64,000 bases of DNA from NCBI GenBank assembly GCA_964633125.1, contig CAZWDN010000002.1:2104-66103 (forward strand), in the 5' to 3' direction. Both the position numbers and the translations under genes were made by a program. This DNA comes from an uncultured Pirellula sp. (GTDB lineage Bacteria; Planctomycetota; Planctomycetia; Pirellulales; PNKZ01). This document shows positions 9,209 to 18,460 of this stretch, one piece after another (the stretch's first letter is position 1; every line of letters begins with the position of its first letter). A model generated the notes under the pieces. It did not search any database and was not told the DNA's origin. It saw nothing but the letters and a program-made list of their open reading frames with translations.

Positions 9209-11164
9209 ATGGCCATCTTGCTTCAACTACGCTCTGTTGTCGCTTGCGCCGCGATTCTAGTCGTAGCGCACGCGGTAGGGCGCATCGCGGCTCGATGTTT
9301 GCGATTTACGGCCGAAGATCACGCTGCGGCCGTCGTTTGGAACACGGCTTTAGGTTTCGTCCTCTGCGGTAGCCTTTTCACGGCGTTAGGGCTCACGGGC
9401 TCGCTTTACGGCCACCTGATCTTCGCACTAACGACGGTCGGCGTCGTTGCCGAGGGTGTGTATCAAGTCCGGCGTCGATCAAAGCGAGCAAGCTGCGCAT
9501 GGATGAATTATGCGGCGATGCCGCTTGAACCGCCGCGATACTTGGAGTTGCCGAATTGGCTGTACCGATTGCTGCTCGTCGGCGTATCGACGGCCGCCGC
9601 GGCAGCATTGCTTAGTGCGTTGGCGCCTCCAATCGCCGGCGACGCGTTGTGTTATCACCTCGAACTCCCGAAGCGATACTTGCAAGCACACGCCCTCACG
9701 CATCTTCCCTACAGCGACAACTCAACCTATCCGTTGTTGGCCGAAATGTGGTTTCTTTGGGGCCTCGCGCTCGACGGCCCGATTGCGGCGCAACTCATCC
9801 ACTGGTCGTGCGGCTTGTTGCTTGCCGGTGGAGCGTACGTCGTCGGCCTCCCGATAGTCGGCCGCCGCGCTGCGGTCGTCGCGGCGTGTCTGACGTTGCT
9901 CACGCCGGGCGTCAATAATCAAATGACGGCCCCGCTTAACGACGTCGCGCTGGCGGCGTTTACCACATTGGCCTTCGCCGCGACCTGTCGTGCCGTTCGA
10001 CAGGGTGAAACGACGGCGTTTGTCGTCGCCGGTCTGATGCTTGGTGGTGCTCTGGCGGTAAAGTTCACGGCACTTGTGTTCGTCGTCGCAGGCTTGGCGG
10101 CAATCGTCGTCGCCGCGCTGGGCAATCATCGCGAGATTTCGTTCATCGCTCGCGGCGTCGGCGTCGCTGCCGTCATGGCATCGATCTTGGCCGGCCCTTG
10201 GTATGCCCGCGCATGGTACTATCAAGGCGACCCTCTGTACCCTTTCCTCTCCTCGCAATCGCATTCGCGATCGACTTTGGAACCATCAGGTTCGTCGCTC
10301 TCGCAAACTCCCTTGAAGCAGGCTTCGGCGTTTCCGACTTCGAAAACACCGCTTGGCCGCGGGCCGACGGCTTGGCTGGAAGCCCCTTGGCTCATGACGA
10401 TGCAGCCGGAGCGTTTCGGCGGTCGCGGCCATCAACTCGGCCCGTTCTGGCTGATGTCGCTGCCGCTGGTGGGGCTCGTTCCAGCGGCGCTTCGCTTTCG
10501 ACTCGCTCCACTATTCTTGGTTGTATTGCCGTATGCCGGGGCTTGTTTGCTGCTCCGACAGAACGTACGGTTCCTCCTGCCGTTGGTGCCGTTTGGGGCG
10601 GTGGTCGTCGTGTGCGTTTGGTCGACATTTCTCGGCTGGCCCCGCGCCCCGCGCGTCGTCGGTTGGTTCGCGGTGGCCGGCGTCTTGCTGTTGCTGACGC
10701 TCATTCCCGTCGGCCGTGCGCGGCATCACGTCGGCGTCGCCGTCGGACTGGAAAGCCGCGCGGAATACCTTTCGCGATGCGAGCCGACCTTTGCCGCCGC
10801 ATGCTGGGCAAATGCCCATCTGCCCCCCGGCGCGCACCTGCTCAGCCAGGAGCATCGAGCCTACTGGTTCCAATCGACGCTGACTCGCGATAACATCTTC
10901 CGGCGGTCGCACGACTATTCTGCGGCGTTGACCGCCGAGGCGGCGACGCTTAGCCCGACGTTGCGATCGCACGGTTTTACCCATCTGTTGTTGGCGGAAG
11001 CCGAGGGTTCCGATACGCCGGCATATGAGGCGACGTTGTCCCAAGCCTTTGAGCAAGAATTGCGGAAGGCGGGGCCGGAAAGTGCGCCGAAGGTTGTTGC
11101 CGAGTTTCGTGCCGCGGTGCCGGAAGCCGGTCCACGGCGCTATCGCATCGTCGAACTTCGCTGA
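9209..11164 (+). CDS. Polytopic membrane protein, GT-C (ArnT/PMT-like) glycosyltransferase candidate
   Basis: There are roughly a dozen hydrophobic segments across the first ~480 aa, then a ~170-aa soluble C-terminal domain. An acidic first-loop motif ([16 protein letters not shown]) fits GT-C architecture. Confidence 0.65.
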   Translation: MAILLQLRSVVACAAILVVAHAVGRIAARCLRFTAEDHAAAVVWNTALGFVLCGSLFTALGLTGSLYGHLIFALTTVGVVAEGVYQVRRRSKRASCAWMNYAAMPLEPPRYLELPNWLYRLLLVGVSTAAAAALLSALAPPIAGDALCYHLELPKRYLQAHALTHLPYSDNSTYPLLAEMWFLWGLALDGPIAAQLIHWSCGLLLAGGAYVVGLPIVGRRAAVVAACLTLLTPGVNNQMTAPLNDVALAAFTTLAFAATCRAVRQGETTAFVVAGLMLGGALAVKFTALVFVVAGLAAIVVAALGNHREISFIARGVGVAAVMASILAGPWYARAWYYQGDPLYPFLSSQSHSRSTLEPSGSSLSQTPLKQASAFPTSKTPLGRGPTAWLEAPWLMTMQPERFGGRGHQLGPFWLMSLPLVGLVPAALRFRLAPLFLVVLPYAGACLLLRQNVRFLLPLVPFGAVVVVCVWSTFLGWPRAPRVVGWFAVAGVLLLLTLIPVGRARHHVGVAVGLESRAEYLSRCEPTFAAACWANAHLPPGAHLLSQEHRAYWFQSTLTRDNIFRRSHDYSAALTAEAATLSPTLRSHGFTHLLLAEAEGSDTPAYEATLSQAFEQELRKAGPESAPKVVAEFRAAVPEAGPRRYRIVELR

Positions 11165-11202
11165 TTTTCATATCATCCGAAAAACGAAACGATCCAATCT
11201 CG

Positions 11203-12399
11203 ATGCAAACTTCCGACGTAGTCGTAATCGGTGGCGGCATTGTCGGTCTCGCAGCAGCCTACCAACTCACGAAGCTTCGCCCCGGTGTGAGCGTCGTCGT
11301 CTTGGAGAAGGAAGACGGCCCGGCCCGTCATCAAACGGGACACAATTCCGGCGTGCTTCATTCCGGCATTTACTACAAGCCCGGGTCGCTGCGCGCTCTG
11401 AACTGTCGAAGCGGCAAGCGATTGATGGAGGAGTTTTGCCGCACGGAGTCGATTCCGTTTGAAGTCTGCGGCAAAGTTATCGTGGCCTGCGGCGAGAATG
11501 AGTTGCCCGGTCTCAAACGCATCTACGAGCGCGGTAAGGCCAACGGCGTCGATTGCGCGATGATCGATCAAGCACGGCTCCGCGAACTCGAACCGCATAC
11601 GGCGGGTATTGCGGCGATTCATGTGCCTGAAGCCGGCATCGTCAACTACGGCGCCGTCTGCCGCCGCTTGGTCGAACTGGTTGAACAAGCAGGCGGGAAG
11701 TTTGTAGCGCAAGCCGCCGTGACGGCGATACGGCAAGAGGTGGATGTCGTAACGCTCGAGAGCCGAGCCGGGCAGTTTCGAGCCCGCTGGGTCGTCAACT
11801 GCACCGGCCTGCAATCCGATCGAACGACCCGGCTCAGCGGTCGCGAGCCGGAAGTGAAGATCGTGCCGTTTCGCGGCGAGTACTTCGAACTTCACGATGC
11901 GGCCAAGCGGCTGTGCCGTAACCTGATCTATCCGGTCCCTGATCCGAGCTTTCCGTTCTTGGGGGTCCACTTCACGCGGATGATTAACGGCAGCGTGGAG
12001 TGCGGCCCCAATGCCGTATTGGCATTTGCCCGCGAAGGGTATCGTAAGCGCGATGTCAACTTACGCGACCTTGCCGAGACGTTAGCTTACGCCGGCTTCC
12101 TGCGAATGGCGGCCAAGCATTGGCGCACCGGTTGCGGCGAGATGTGGCGATCGTTCAGTAAGGCGGCTTTCGTTACGGCACTTCAGCATCTGGTACCGGA
12201 TATTCGCAGCGAAGACCTCGACGCCGCTCCCGCCGGCGTCCGTGCCATGGCTTTGGCGCGCGACGGTTCCATCGTCGACGACTTCGTTATCGAGGAGCAC
12301 TTGCGGGTAGTAAACGTCTGCAATGCCCCCTCCCCTGCGGCGACATCGTCCCTTCAGATCGGACTTTCGATCGTCGAACGGTTCGTGGGGCGACTCTAA
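11203..12399 (+). CDS. lhgO: L-2-hydroxyglutarate oxidase-like FAD-dependent oxidoreductase
   Basis: It has an N-terminal FAD fold ([16 protein letters not shown]) and [21 protein letters not shown], which is typical of the LhgO family. Confidence 0.85.
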   Translation: MQTSDVVVIGGGIVGLAAAYQLTKLRPGVSVVVLEKEDGPARHQTGHNSGVLHSGIYYKPGSLRALNCRSGKRLMEEFCRTESIPFEVCGKVIVACGENELPGLKRIYERGKANGVDCAMIDQARLRELEPHTAGIAAIHVPEAGIVNYGAVCRRLVELVEQAGGKFVAQAAVTAIRQEVDVVTLESRAGQFRARWVVNCTGLQSDRTTRLSGREPEVKIVPFRGEYFELHDAAKRLCRNLIYPVPDPSFPFLGVHFTRMINGSVECGPNAVLAFAREGYRKRDVNLRDLAETLAYAGFLRMAAKHWRTGCGEMWRSFSKAAFVTALQHLVPDIRSEDLDAAPAGVRAMALARDGSIVDDFVIEEHLRVVNVCNAPSPAATSSLQIGLSIVERFVGRL

Positions 12400-12558
12400 T
12401 CGCCGCGTGTCTGCGAGTGATGTCGGAGCGCACAAAACGCCCTCTGCCGGCAATGCTTCAACGTGCGAATCAGGGCGGCTCTCGGTTGGTCTTGGTGGCG
12501 TCGCCGGCATCGGCTATCAAAGTGTGCCCCGCGACCGTATTAAAACCGAGTTTTTGCC

Positions 12559-13500
12559 ATGGATGGCTTAGCCCCGGCCCTGCCGACGCTTGCAACTGAG
12601 CGAACACAGGCGTCCCCGCGCGCCTGCGACGTCACGATTCTGCTCCCCGCCTACAACGAAGAGCGGGCAATCACGCACGTGTTGCACGAGATCGTCGCCG
12701 CGTTGGAGGATGAGCCTCTCCGGTTCGAGATCCTTATCGTCGACGACGCATCCACGGACCGTACGGTAGATTACGCCGAGCGATTCGCGGAGCAATGCCT
12801 GCGTTGTCCGGTGCGCGTGATCCGTCGCCCTGAAAATCGCGGTGCCGGCGCCGCCCGTAAGATCGGCGTCCGCGAGGCGCATGGCGACATCATCGTCATG
12901 CTCGACGCCGACGGCAGCTATCCTGCTTACGCCATTCGCGACTTGCTCCGCCATTTCCCTGCTTACGATCAGGTCAACGGGGCGCGAACTTCCGAGCAAG
13001 GCACGATGCCGCTCTTGCGCAAGCCGGCAAAGTGGGCCATTCGCAAGCTCGCCTGCTATCTCACCGGCCGCGATATCCCCGACCTAAACACCGGCCTCAA
13101 GGCCTTCAAACGCGACGCAATGCTGCCCTGGCTCTGGTCTGTGCCCGACGGCTTTAGCTGCGTTACGACGATGACGCTCGCCTTTCTCACCAACGGCTAT
13201 GCCGTAAAGTACGTGCCGACGGAGTACCGGCGGCGCATCGGTAAAAGCAAGTTCCATCCGATCAAAGATACGCTCGCCTACCTTAACACGGTGGTGCGAA
13301 TCGTTTCCTACTTCCGCCCGCTCCGCGTCTTCTTTCCGGCGGCCGCCGCGGTCGTCGGCCTTGGGATTGCAAAAAGCATCCACAGTTGGTCGACGACCGG
13401 CAGTATGCAAGAGTCCGATATCGTCGTTCTGACGGCGGGCTTTCTTACAATGATGTTCGGTCTCCTGGCCGAAATCGTCGTCGCCCATCATCGCCGCTAA
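12559..13500 (+). CDS. Family-2 glycosyltransferase of polyprenyl-phosphate-sugar synthase type (Dpm1/GtrB-like)
   Basis: Motifs VTILLPAYNEE, IVDDASTDRT and MLDADGS are followed by two C-terminal TM helices, as in GtrB/ArnC/Dpm1-type enzymes. Confidence 0.85.
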   Translation: MDGLAPALPTLATERTQASPRACDVTILLPAYNEERAITHVLHEIVAALEDEPLRFEILIVDDASTDRTVDYAERFAEQCLRCPVRVIRRPENRGAGAARKIGVREAHGDIIVMLDADGSYPAYAIRDLLRHFPAYDQVNGARTSEQGTMPLLRKPAKWAIRKLACYLTGRDIPDLNTGLKAFKRDAMLPWLWSVPDGFSCVTTMTLAFLTNGYAVKYVPTEYRRRIGKSKFHPIKDTLAYLNTVVRIVSYFRPLRVFFPAAAAVVGLGIAKSIHSWSTTGSMQESDIVVLTAGFLTMMFGLLAEIVVAHHRR

Positions 13501-13511
13501 CGAGGTTGCAC

Positions 13512-15251
13512 ATGTCGGTCGAAACGTGTGCATGGAGTTCGGCCGTCGCGGACCGCGCTTGTCGGCAATCTCGCGATTTGACGCTTCGCGAACGGTATCT
13601 CGATGCCGCGTTACCGGCAATTCCGCGTATTCTTGCGGCCGTCGATCGCAACCCGTTCGGACCTTCCTACGGCTGTTGCGATCGTGAGTATTGGCATTAC
13701 CGCACGGCGGCTTTTCCTTCGGAGATGTACCAAGAGGCCGCCTTGTCGTTGGCCTTGGTTTATCGACATGCCTTGCCCCGCGGCGACTGGCAAGGCGACG
13801 CGCGCCTCGCGGAAGCCGCCGCGGCGATCCTGCGGTTTTCGGCTCGTAGCGCACATGCCGACGGCTCGGGCGACGACTACTATCCCCAAGAGCGAGCCCT
13901 CGGCGCAACCGTTTTCTCGCTGCAAGCCGCCGTGGAAGCGTATCGCCTACTGGAACTCGACGACCGCGAACTGCGTGAGTTCTTGCTTCGCCGCGCTCGC
14001 TGGGTCGCCGACCACGATGAATCGGGCCGATTGACGAATCATCATGCGTTGGCGGCCTTGGCCTTATGGCGCACCGGACAATTGTTCGACGATCCGCGAC
14101 TCCGCGAAGCGGCTCGCGCTCGCGTGCGTCGCGTCGTCGCTTGGCAATCGAGTGAAGGATGGTGGCCGGAGTACGAGGGCGCCGATCCCGGGTATCAGAC
14201 CGTCACCATCGATTGTTTGGCGAAGCTGCAGCGGGAAGCGGAGTTCGAAGGGCTCGAAGCTTCGCTACGGCTTGGTGTGGAGTTCTGCCGGCCGTTTCAA
14301 CATCTCGACGGCGGCTACGGCGGTGAATACGGCAGCCGGGGTACGCGGCACTTCTATCCCCACGGTATGGAATTGCTCGCCGAGAAGATTCCCTCCGCCG
14401 CGAAATTGGCCGACGGCTATCTCCGCGCATTGCCGACGGATGCGTCGGCCCGCTGGGACGACGACCGCATGTACGTCCATCGCGTCGCGAACTTGCTGGA
14501 GGCATATCTCGACTTCGCTCCGCGCCGAGCGGTTTGCGAAGTTGCGGACGAAAGCGAGTCGAACAACGATTGTCATTTTCCCGCTGCGGGCATCTATGTG
14601 ATTCGCGCAGGTCGGGAACAACTCATCACGTCGACCGCGCGCGGCGGCAACTTCTACTATTGCCGCCGCGGCACGGAAGGTTGCGAATCCGTGAACGATT
14701 CAGGCCTCGTCGTTGAGTTTAACGACGGTCGCCTCGCCGTCTCGCAAACGCACGGAGAGTCCCGCAATGTTCAGGTCGTGCACGATCCGGCCGATGGTCG
14801 ACTGACGAACCTTGTCGTTTCGGGCTCGTTGCATTTCGTGCGCTTCGAACGAGCGACGCCGGCGAAGCAAGCCGTGCTTCATTTCTTGGCCGGATCACTC
14901 GGCGCGGCCGGACGTACCATACTCCGCAAACTGCTGCAACGCCGCGTCATCGCCGCCCGGCGGCCGGCGCCGATTCGGCTGACGCGAACTTTCATACGCG
15001 GCGCAACGTGGAAAGTTCATGACGTCGTCGAATTGACGCACCCCCGCGTTCGTGTTTCGCGGCTGGCCTTTTCGTCCGATCTGCAAGCCGCCTACACCGC
15101 CGCCGCCAACGTCTTTCACGGCGGGCTCCGGCAGCCGTGGCGCGACCTCGGCGAGTATGTCGAGCTTCTCAATCGTGAGCGGCGGATCGAGATCACTTGC
15201 GATCTCGCTGCGTCGGCATTGCGGGCGGCCGCCCCGGCAAGCGAGGCCTAA
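13512..15251 (+). CDS. Hypothetical protein (largely alpha-helical; family not recognised)
   Basis: A long ORF in coding-like composition; the ATG at 13512 sits just after the upstream stop. Repeated W/Y-rich helical segments hint at an alpha/alpha-toroid fold, but this is a guess. Confidence 0.55.
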   Translation: MSVETCAWSSAVADRACRQSRDLTLRERYLDAALPAIPRILAAVDRNPFGPSYGCCDREYWHYRTAAFPSEMYQEAALSLALVYRHALPRGDWQGDARLAEAAAAILRFSARSAHADGSGDDYYPQERALGATVFSLQAAVEAYRLLELDDRELREFLLRRARWVADHDESGRLTNHHALAALALWRTGQLFDDPRLREAARARVRRVVAWQSSEGWWPEYEGADPGYQTVTIDCLAKLQREAEFEGLEASLRLGVEFCRPFQHLDGGYGGEYGSRGTRHFYPHGMELLAEKIPSAAKLADGYLRALPTDASARWDDDRMYVHRVANLLEAYLDFAPRRAVCEVADESESNNDCHFPAAGIYVIRAGREQLITSTARGGNFYYCRRGTEGCESVNDSGLVVEFNDGRLAVSQTHGESRNVQVVHDPADGRLTNLVVSGSLHFVRFERATPAKQAVLHFLAGSLGAAGRTILRKLLQRRVIAARRPAPIRLTRTFIRGATWKVHDVVELTHPRVRVSRLAFSSDLQAAYTAAANVFHGGLRQPWRDLGEYVELLNRERRIEITCDLAASALRAAAPASEA

Positions 15252-15254
15252 CCG

Positions 15255-16202
15255 GTGCGACGACGCCTCGTATTCACCGCGAAGGTGCTGGTCACCGTCG
15301 TTCTCTGCGCGGCGCTGGTGCGCGCCGCCGACTGGCGCTTGGTCGCTCGACATGCGGCGGAGATGCAATTGCCGCCGCTCGCCTGGGCCCTCTTGCTCTT
15401 TATTCCGCAGACGCTCGTTTCCGCGTGGCGCTGGAAGCTGCTTGTTCGGCCGCTCGCGCCGATCGCGTTCGTCGAGTCGTTGCGCGAGGTCCTCGCCGCG
15501 TCGGCGCTCAATCTCGTCGTTCCGGCCAAGCTTGGTGATTTCTCGAAGGCGGCCATGTTGCCGAACGTTCCGCCGCCGCGACGCAAGGAAGCCGGACTGC
15601 GCGCCGTCGTCGAAAAGCTCAGCGACGTCGGTATGTTGCTGGTCGCAATTGCATTCGGCTCCGTCGCGGCTCGCAGCGTCGCGGAGGCGGCCTGTGCGGC
15701 GGTCGGCATCCTCCTGATCGCCTTCGGCACGCATGTTTGGTACGTCGTGCGACGCGGAAGTTGCGTACTCCTGCCGTTCACGCTGACGACGGTTCTGCTT
15801 TGGTTGCTGCACTTCGCGCAATTCCATCTCTTCCTCCTCTGCTGCGAAGTCGACGTCTCCTGGGCTCTCACGCTGCAGCGTATCCCTTTGGCGATCTTCG
15901 CGGGACTTGTGCCTGCGGCGTTTTGCGGCATCGGCACGCGCGACGCCGCTTTGATCTATCTATTCGCCGATTCGGCCGATGCATCGCGGCTCGCCGTCGT
16001 CGGCCTGCTTACCGCTTTGCGTTACTTGATCCCCGGCGCGGTCGGCATTCCTATTCTTTGGACTTTGCGACGGCGACTTCCCGAGAATGCTCGCGAATCA
16101 CCTCCGCTCGATCGCTTGTCGACGCCGAGTTCGATTCCAAGCTCAGCAGTTGCCAATCGCTCCCCGCTTGTACGACCGGCAAGTCGGACAATACGGCGTT
16201 AG
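15255..16202 (+). CDS. UPF0104-type (lysyl-PG-synthase TM-region-like, 'flippase-like') membrane protein
   Basis: The GTG start lies 3 nt after the upstream stop. There are about 8 hydrophobic helices, and the basic N-terminus plus first helix (RRRLVFTAKVLVTVVLCAALV) is typical of UPF0104. The last ~50 codons overlap the convergent gene. Confidence 0.65.
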   Translation: MRRRLVFTAKVLVTVVLCAALVRAADWRLVARHAAEMQLPPLAWALLLFIPQTLVSAWRWKLLVRPLAPIAFVESLREVLAASALNLVVPAKLGDFSKAAMLPNVPPPRRKEAGLRAVVEKLSDVGMLLVAIAFGSVAARSVAEAACAAVGILLIAFGTHVWYVVRRGSCVLLPFTLTTVLLWLLHFAQFHLFLLCCEVDVSWALTLQRIPLAIFAGLVPAAFCGIGTRDAALIYLFADSADASRLAVVGLLTALRYLIPGAVGIPILWTLRRRLPENARESPPLDRLSTPSSIPSSAVANRSPLVRPASRTIRR

Positions 16203-17622
16203 TTTCCCGTCGCCTTCTCGCCGCGGCTAAGTCCGCCACGATCAAATAGCGCGCGCCGCGCGCCGCGGCTTCAGTCACCTTTGCGGCGAACTCCGGATCG
16301 GCGGCATTCAGCGCCCATCCTCGGCGATCGCAATAGTACAACAGGTCGACGGACGAGCCGTGCAACGTCGCGATCGGTTGCCCAGTGGGTATCGCGGCTC
16401 GTGCGGCGGCGGCGGCAACCTCCACGGCCTCGTCTCCCGGCGGCGTCGCGAAGGCCGGGCCGATCGCCAACCGCAACGCCGCAAATAGTCCTACGCACGC
16501 AATACCGGCTCGCATCCAAGGCTTCGATAGATGACGCTGCAACTCGGCCCAGGCCGCGCCCGTCGCCAGGGCAACGCCGGGGAGCAGCACGACGTAGTAA
16601 TAGTTGGCGGCAAAAAACTTCAGCGGCAGCGCGATCAGCAAGCTGCCGAGCGCCGCGAGCAGCGTGATCAGCGGCAATTGTCCCCGCCGCCGGAAGGCTG
16701 CAATTCCGCCGAGCAATACACATGCTCCAATCGGCGTCAGCACATGCGTGGCGAAGTCCGTCGCCAGTCGCACATAGTAGCTTGCGGAGAAGAGCAGGGG
16801 ATGCGGAATGGCGTGGATCGTCGATCGTCCTAGCGGGTGATGCTCAAACGCCGGGCCGGTCGTCGATGGAATTTGCATCACCTTGGCATACCACCACGCC
16901 GTCGGGAGCAGAGCGACGACAAAGAGCGTAATTGCCGCCGCCGCAAGCCGGTTTTTCGCGCGAACCAACGACAGCCCGAGCGGTAGCAAAAGTACGAGCA
17001 TGTAAATCTTCGTAACCACGAGCACCGAGAACGCACATGCCGCCACGGCAACCCAGCCGAGCCGACGTTCGTCAAAGCCGACCTCCAACGCGTAAAGCGT
17101 GAGCAGCGTGAACATCGCCACCGACGCCTCCAGCATAAACGTCTGACCGTAGACAATGCTCACCGGCGAAAACGCCATGACGGCGCCGGCCGCAATTGCC
17201 GCGGTGCGGCCGAGCAGGCGTCGCCCCAGCAGCATCGTGAGCCACACGGCGCCGGCGGAGCAGGCAATCGAGACGCCGCGGCCCCAAGCGTCTAACGAAC
17301 CGCCGCAAAGTTTCCACCCTTGCCCGGCGACAAACGCCGCAGCCGGCCATTCCATGAGGTGCCAAGCCCGTTCGTCGCCGGCGGTGAGGTCGATCGTCGG
17401 GCACCAGATCGGCGCGCGATCGAGGGCCCAATTCCGCGCGATCATCGCATACACGGCGCTCTTCGTTGCGAAGTTTCCCACCAGCGGGCGATCGATGCCC
17501 GGCATGCGCACGGCGATGGTCGCTAGCACCAGCGCCGCTATCGCCCAACGGAACCGACGTTCGTCGCCAAGCGAGGCGGCTTGCGTGGTTTGCGCGGCGG
17601 CGACTTGAGCTGCTGCGGGCAT
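16051..17622 (-). CDS. GT-C family membrane glycosyltransferase (ArnT/PMT_2-like)
   Basis: The protein is polytopic over ~400 aa and then has a soluble C-terminal domain. The early segment (RMPGIDRPLVGNFATKSAVYAMIARNW) resembles GT39/83-type enzymes. I chose the start at the ATG complementary to 17620-17622; the ORF extends to 17736. Confidence 0.7.
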   Translation of the reverse strand: MPAAAQVAAAQTTQAASLGDERRFRWAIAALVLATIAVRMPGIDRPLVGNFATKSAVYAMIARNWALDRAPIWCPTIDLTAGDERAWHLMEWPAAAFVAGQGWKLCGGSLDAWGRGVSIACSAGAVWLTMLLGRRLLGRTAAIAAGAVMAFSPVSIVYGQTFMLEASVAMFTLLTLYALEVGFDERRLGWVAVAACAFSVLVVTKIYMLVLLLPLGLSLVRAKNRLAAAAITLFVVALLPTAWWYAKVMQIPSTTGPAFEHHPLGRSTIHAIPHPLLFSASYYVRLATDFATHVLTPIGACVLLGGIAAFRRRGQLPLITLLAALGSLLIALPLKFFAANYYYVVLLPGVALATGAAWAELQRHLSKPWMRAGIACVGLFAALRLAIGPAFATPPGDEAVEVAAAAARAAIPTGQPIATLHGSSVDLLYYCDRRGWALNAADPEFAAKVTEAAARGARYLIVADLAAARRRRETNAVLSDLPVVQAGSDWQLLSLESNSASTSDRAEVIREHSREVAVAKSKE

Positions 17623-17777
17623 GATTCCGAGAAATCGCCGGTGACGATGTAAAAAAGTGCGGGTTATGCCGGTTATCCGGCCGATCATAACGCTACGGAA
17701 TTTTTCGTCCCAGAGCGCTTCGTGCCGGCGTTGCATCGGCAGGCGACGAGCGTGACGTTGCCCGGAGACTGATTGTC

Positions 17778-18113
17778 ATGAAGAAGTTAATTGCTCTGCT
17801 CTCGATTGCGGCGACGACGTTCGGCCTTAGCGGTTGTCGGATGTGCTGCCCGTCGTACGACTACAGCAGCCCGACCGATCCGGGCAGTTGCAATGACGAG
17901 TACTGCGGTAACGAGCGACGCGGTTCGATCTTCTCCGGCTACACGAGCGGCGCCGTCGCGAGCGACGAAGTGATCTACGAAGAGGGCGAAGTGATCGAAG
18001 AAGCGGCGCCGTCGCCTCCAGCGACTCCGAAGCCCGCTCCGCCGACGGCCAAGCCGATGAGCTACGGCACCGGCACCGAAGCTCGCGCGGTAAGCACGCG
18101 TCGCGCACGCTAA
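17778..18113 (+). CDS. Small secreted lipoprotein, Cys-rich N-terminus and Pro-rich tail
   Basis: It has a signal peptide with a lipobox (MKKLIALLSIAATTFGLSG|C), followed by CRMCC...C...C and then PSPPATPKPAPPTAKP. Confidence 0.65.
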   Translation: MKKLIALLSIAATTFGLSGCRMCCPSYDYSSPTDPGSCNDEYCGNERRGSIFSGYTSGAVASDEVIYEEGEVIEEAAPSPPATPKPAPPTAKPMSYGTGTEARAVSTRRAR

Positions 18114-18136
18114 ATCGCGTTACCGTTGCACGCCTA

Positions 18137-18460
18137 AAATCGACGTAAGTCCCAAAACTTTCGGGCGACTTACGTCGATTCCGTTTTTCCCCCTGCGCAC
18201 ATAACTCGAGTTATGTGCGCACCCCTTGTGGGTTTTGGGGTTGTGCGCACATAACCGAAGTTATGTGCGCAGGGCTCAGGATGCCGTCGACGTAAGTGCC
18301 CATCGCGAAGAGCGACTTACGTAGGGTGGGTCGAGCAAAGCGAGGCCCACCCTACTGAAGCGAGCGGCACACGGAGTGCGCCTGCAACTTTGAATTGCCA
18401 AAGACCATCTCGCAAAGTAGCGAAATGGTCCGGCAATCTCCAGGCAAGTTTTGGCCGGCC
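18137..18460. repeat. Composite palindromic intergenic element, copy 1 (four-hairpin 187-nt block + variable hairpins + 68-nt tail module)
   Basis: Hairpin A, 18140-18178: TCGACGTAAGTC / GACTTACGTCGA. Hairpin B, 18195-18220: GCGCACATAAC-TCGA-GTTATGTGCGC. A conserved 24-nt spacer follows. Hairpin C, 18245-18270: GCGCACATAAC-CGAA-GTTATGTGCGC. Hairpin D, 18290-18322: ACGTAAGT / ACTTACGT. A GTAGGGTGGG...CCCACCCTAC hairpin lies at 18321-18355 and the tail module at 18393-18460. A second copy lies at 62902-63265. Confidence 0.9.

Noticed and set aside
18221-18244. GGGTTTTGGGG in the conserved spacer resembles a telomere or G-quadruplex motif.
   Set aside because: There are only two G-runs, too few for an intramolecular quadruplex. 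Pairing with the adjacent ACCCC is a simpler explanation.
18195-18270. CRISPR-like appearance: two near-identical 26-nt palindromic repeats separated by a 24-nt 'spacer'.
   Set aside because: There are only two repeats. The 'spacer' is identical in the second genomic copy (62986-63009), so it is part of the element. No cas genes or leader are present.
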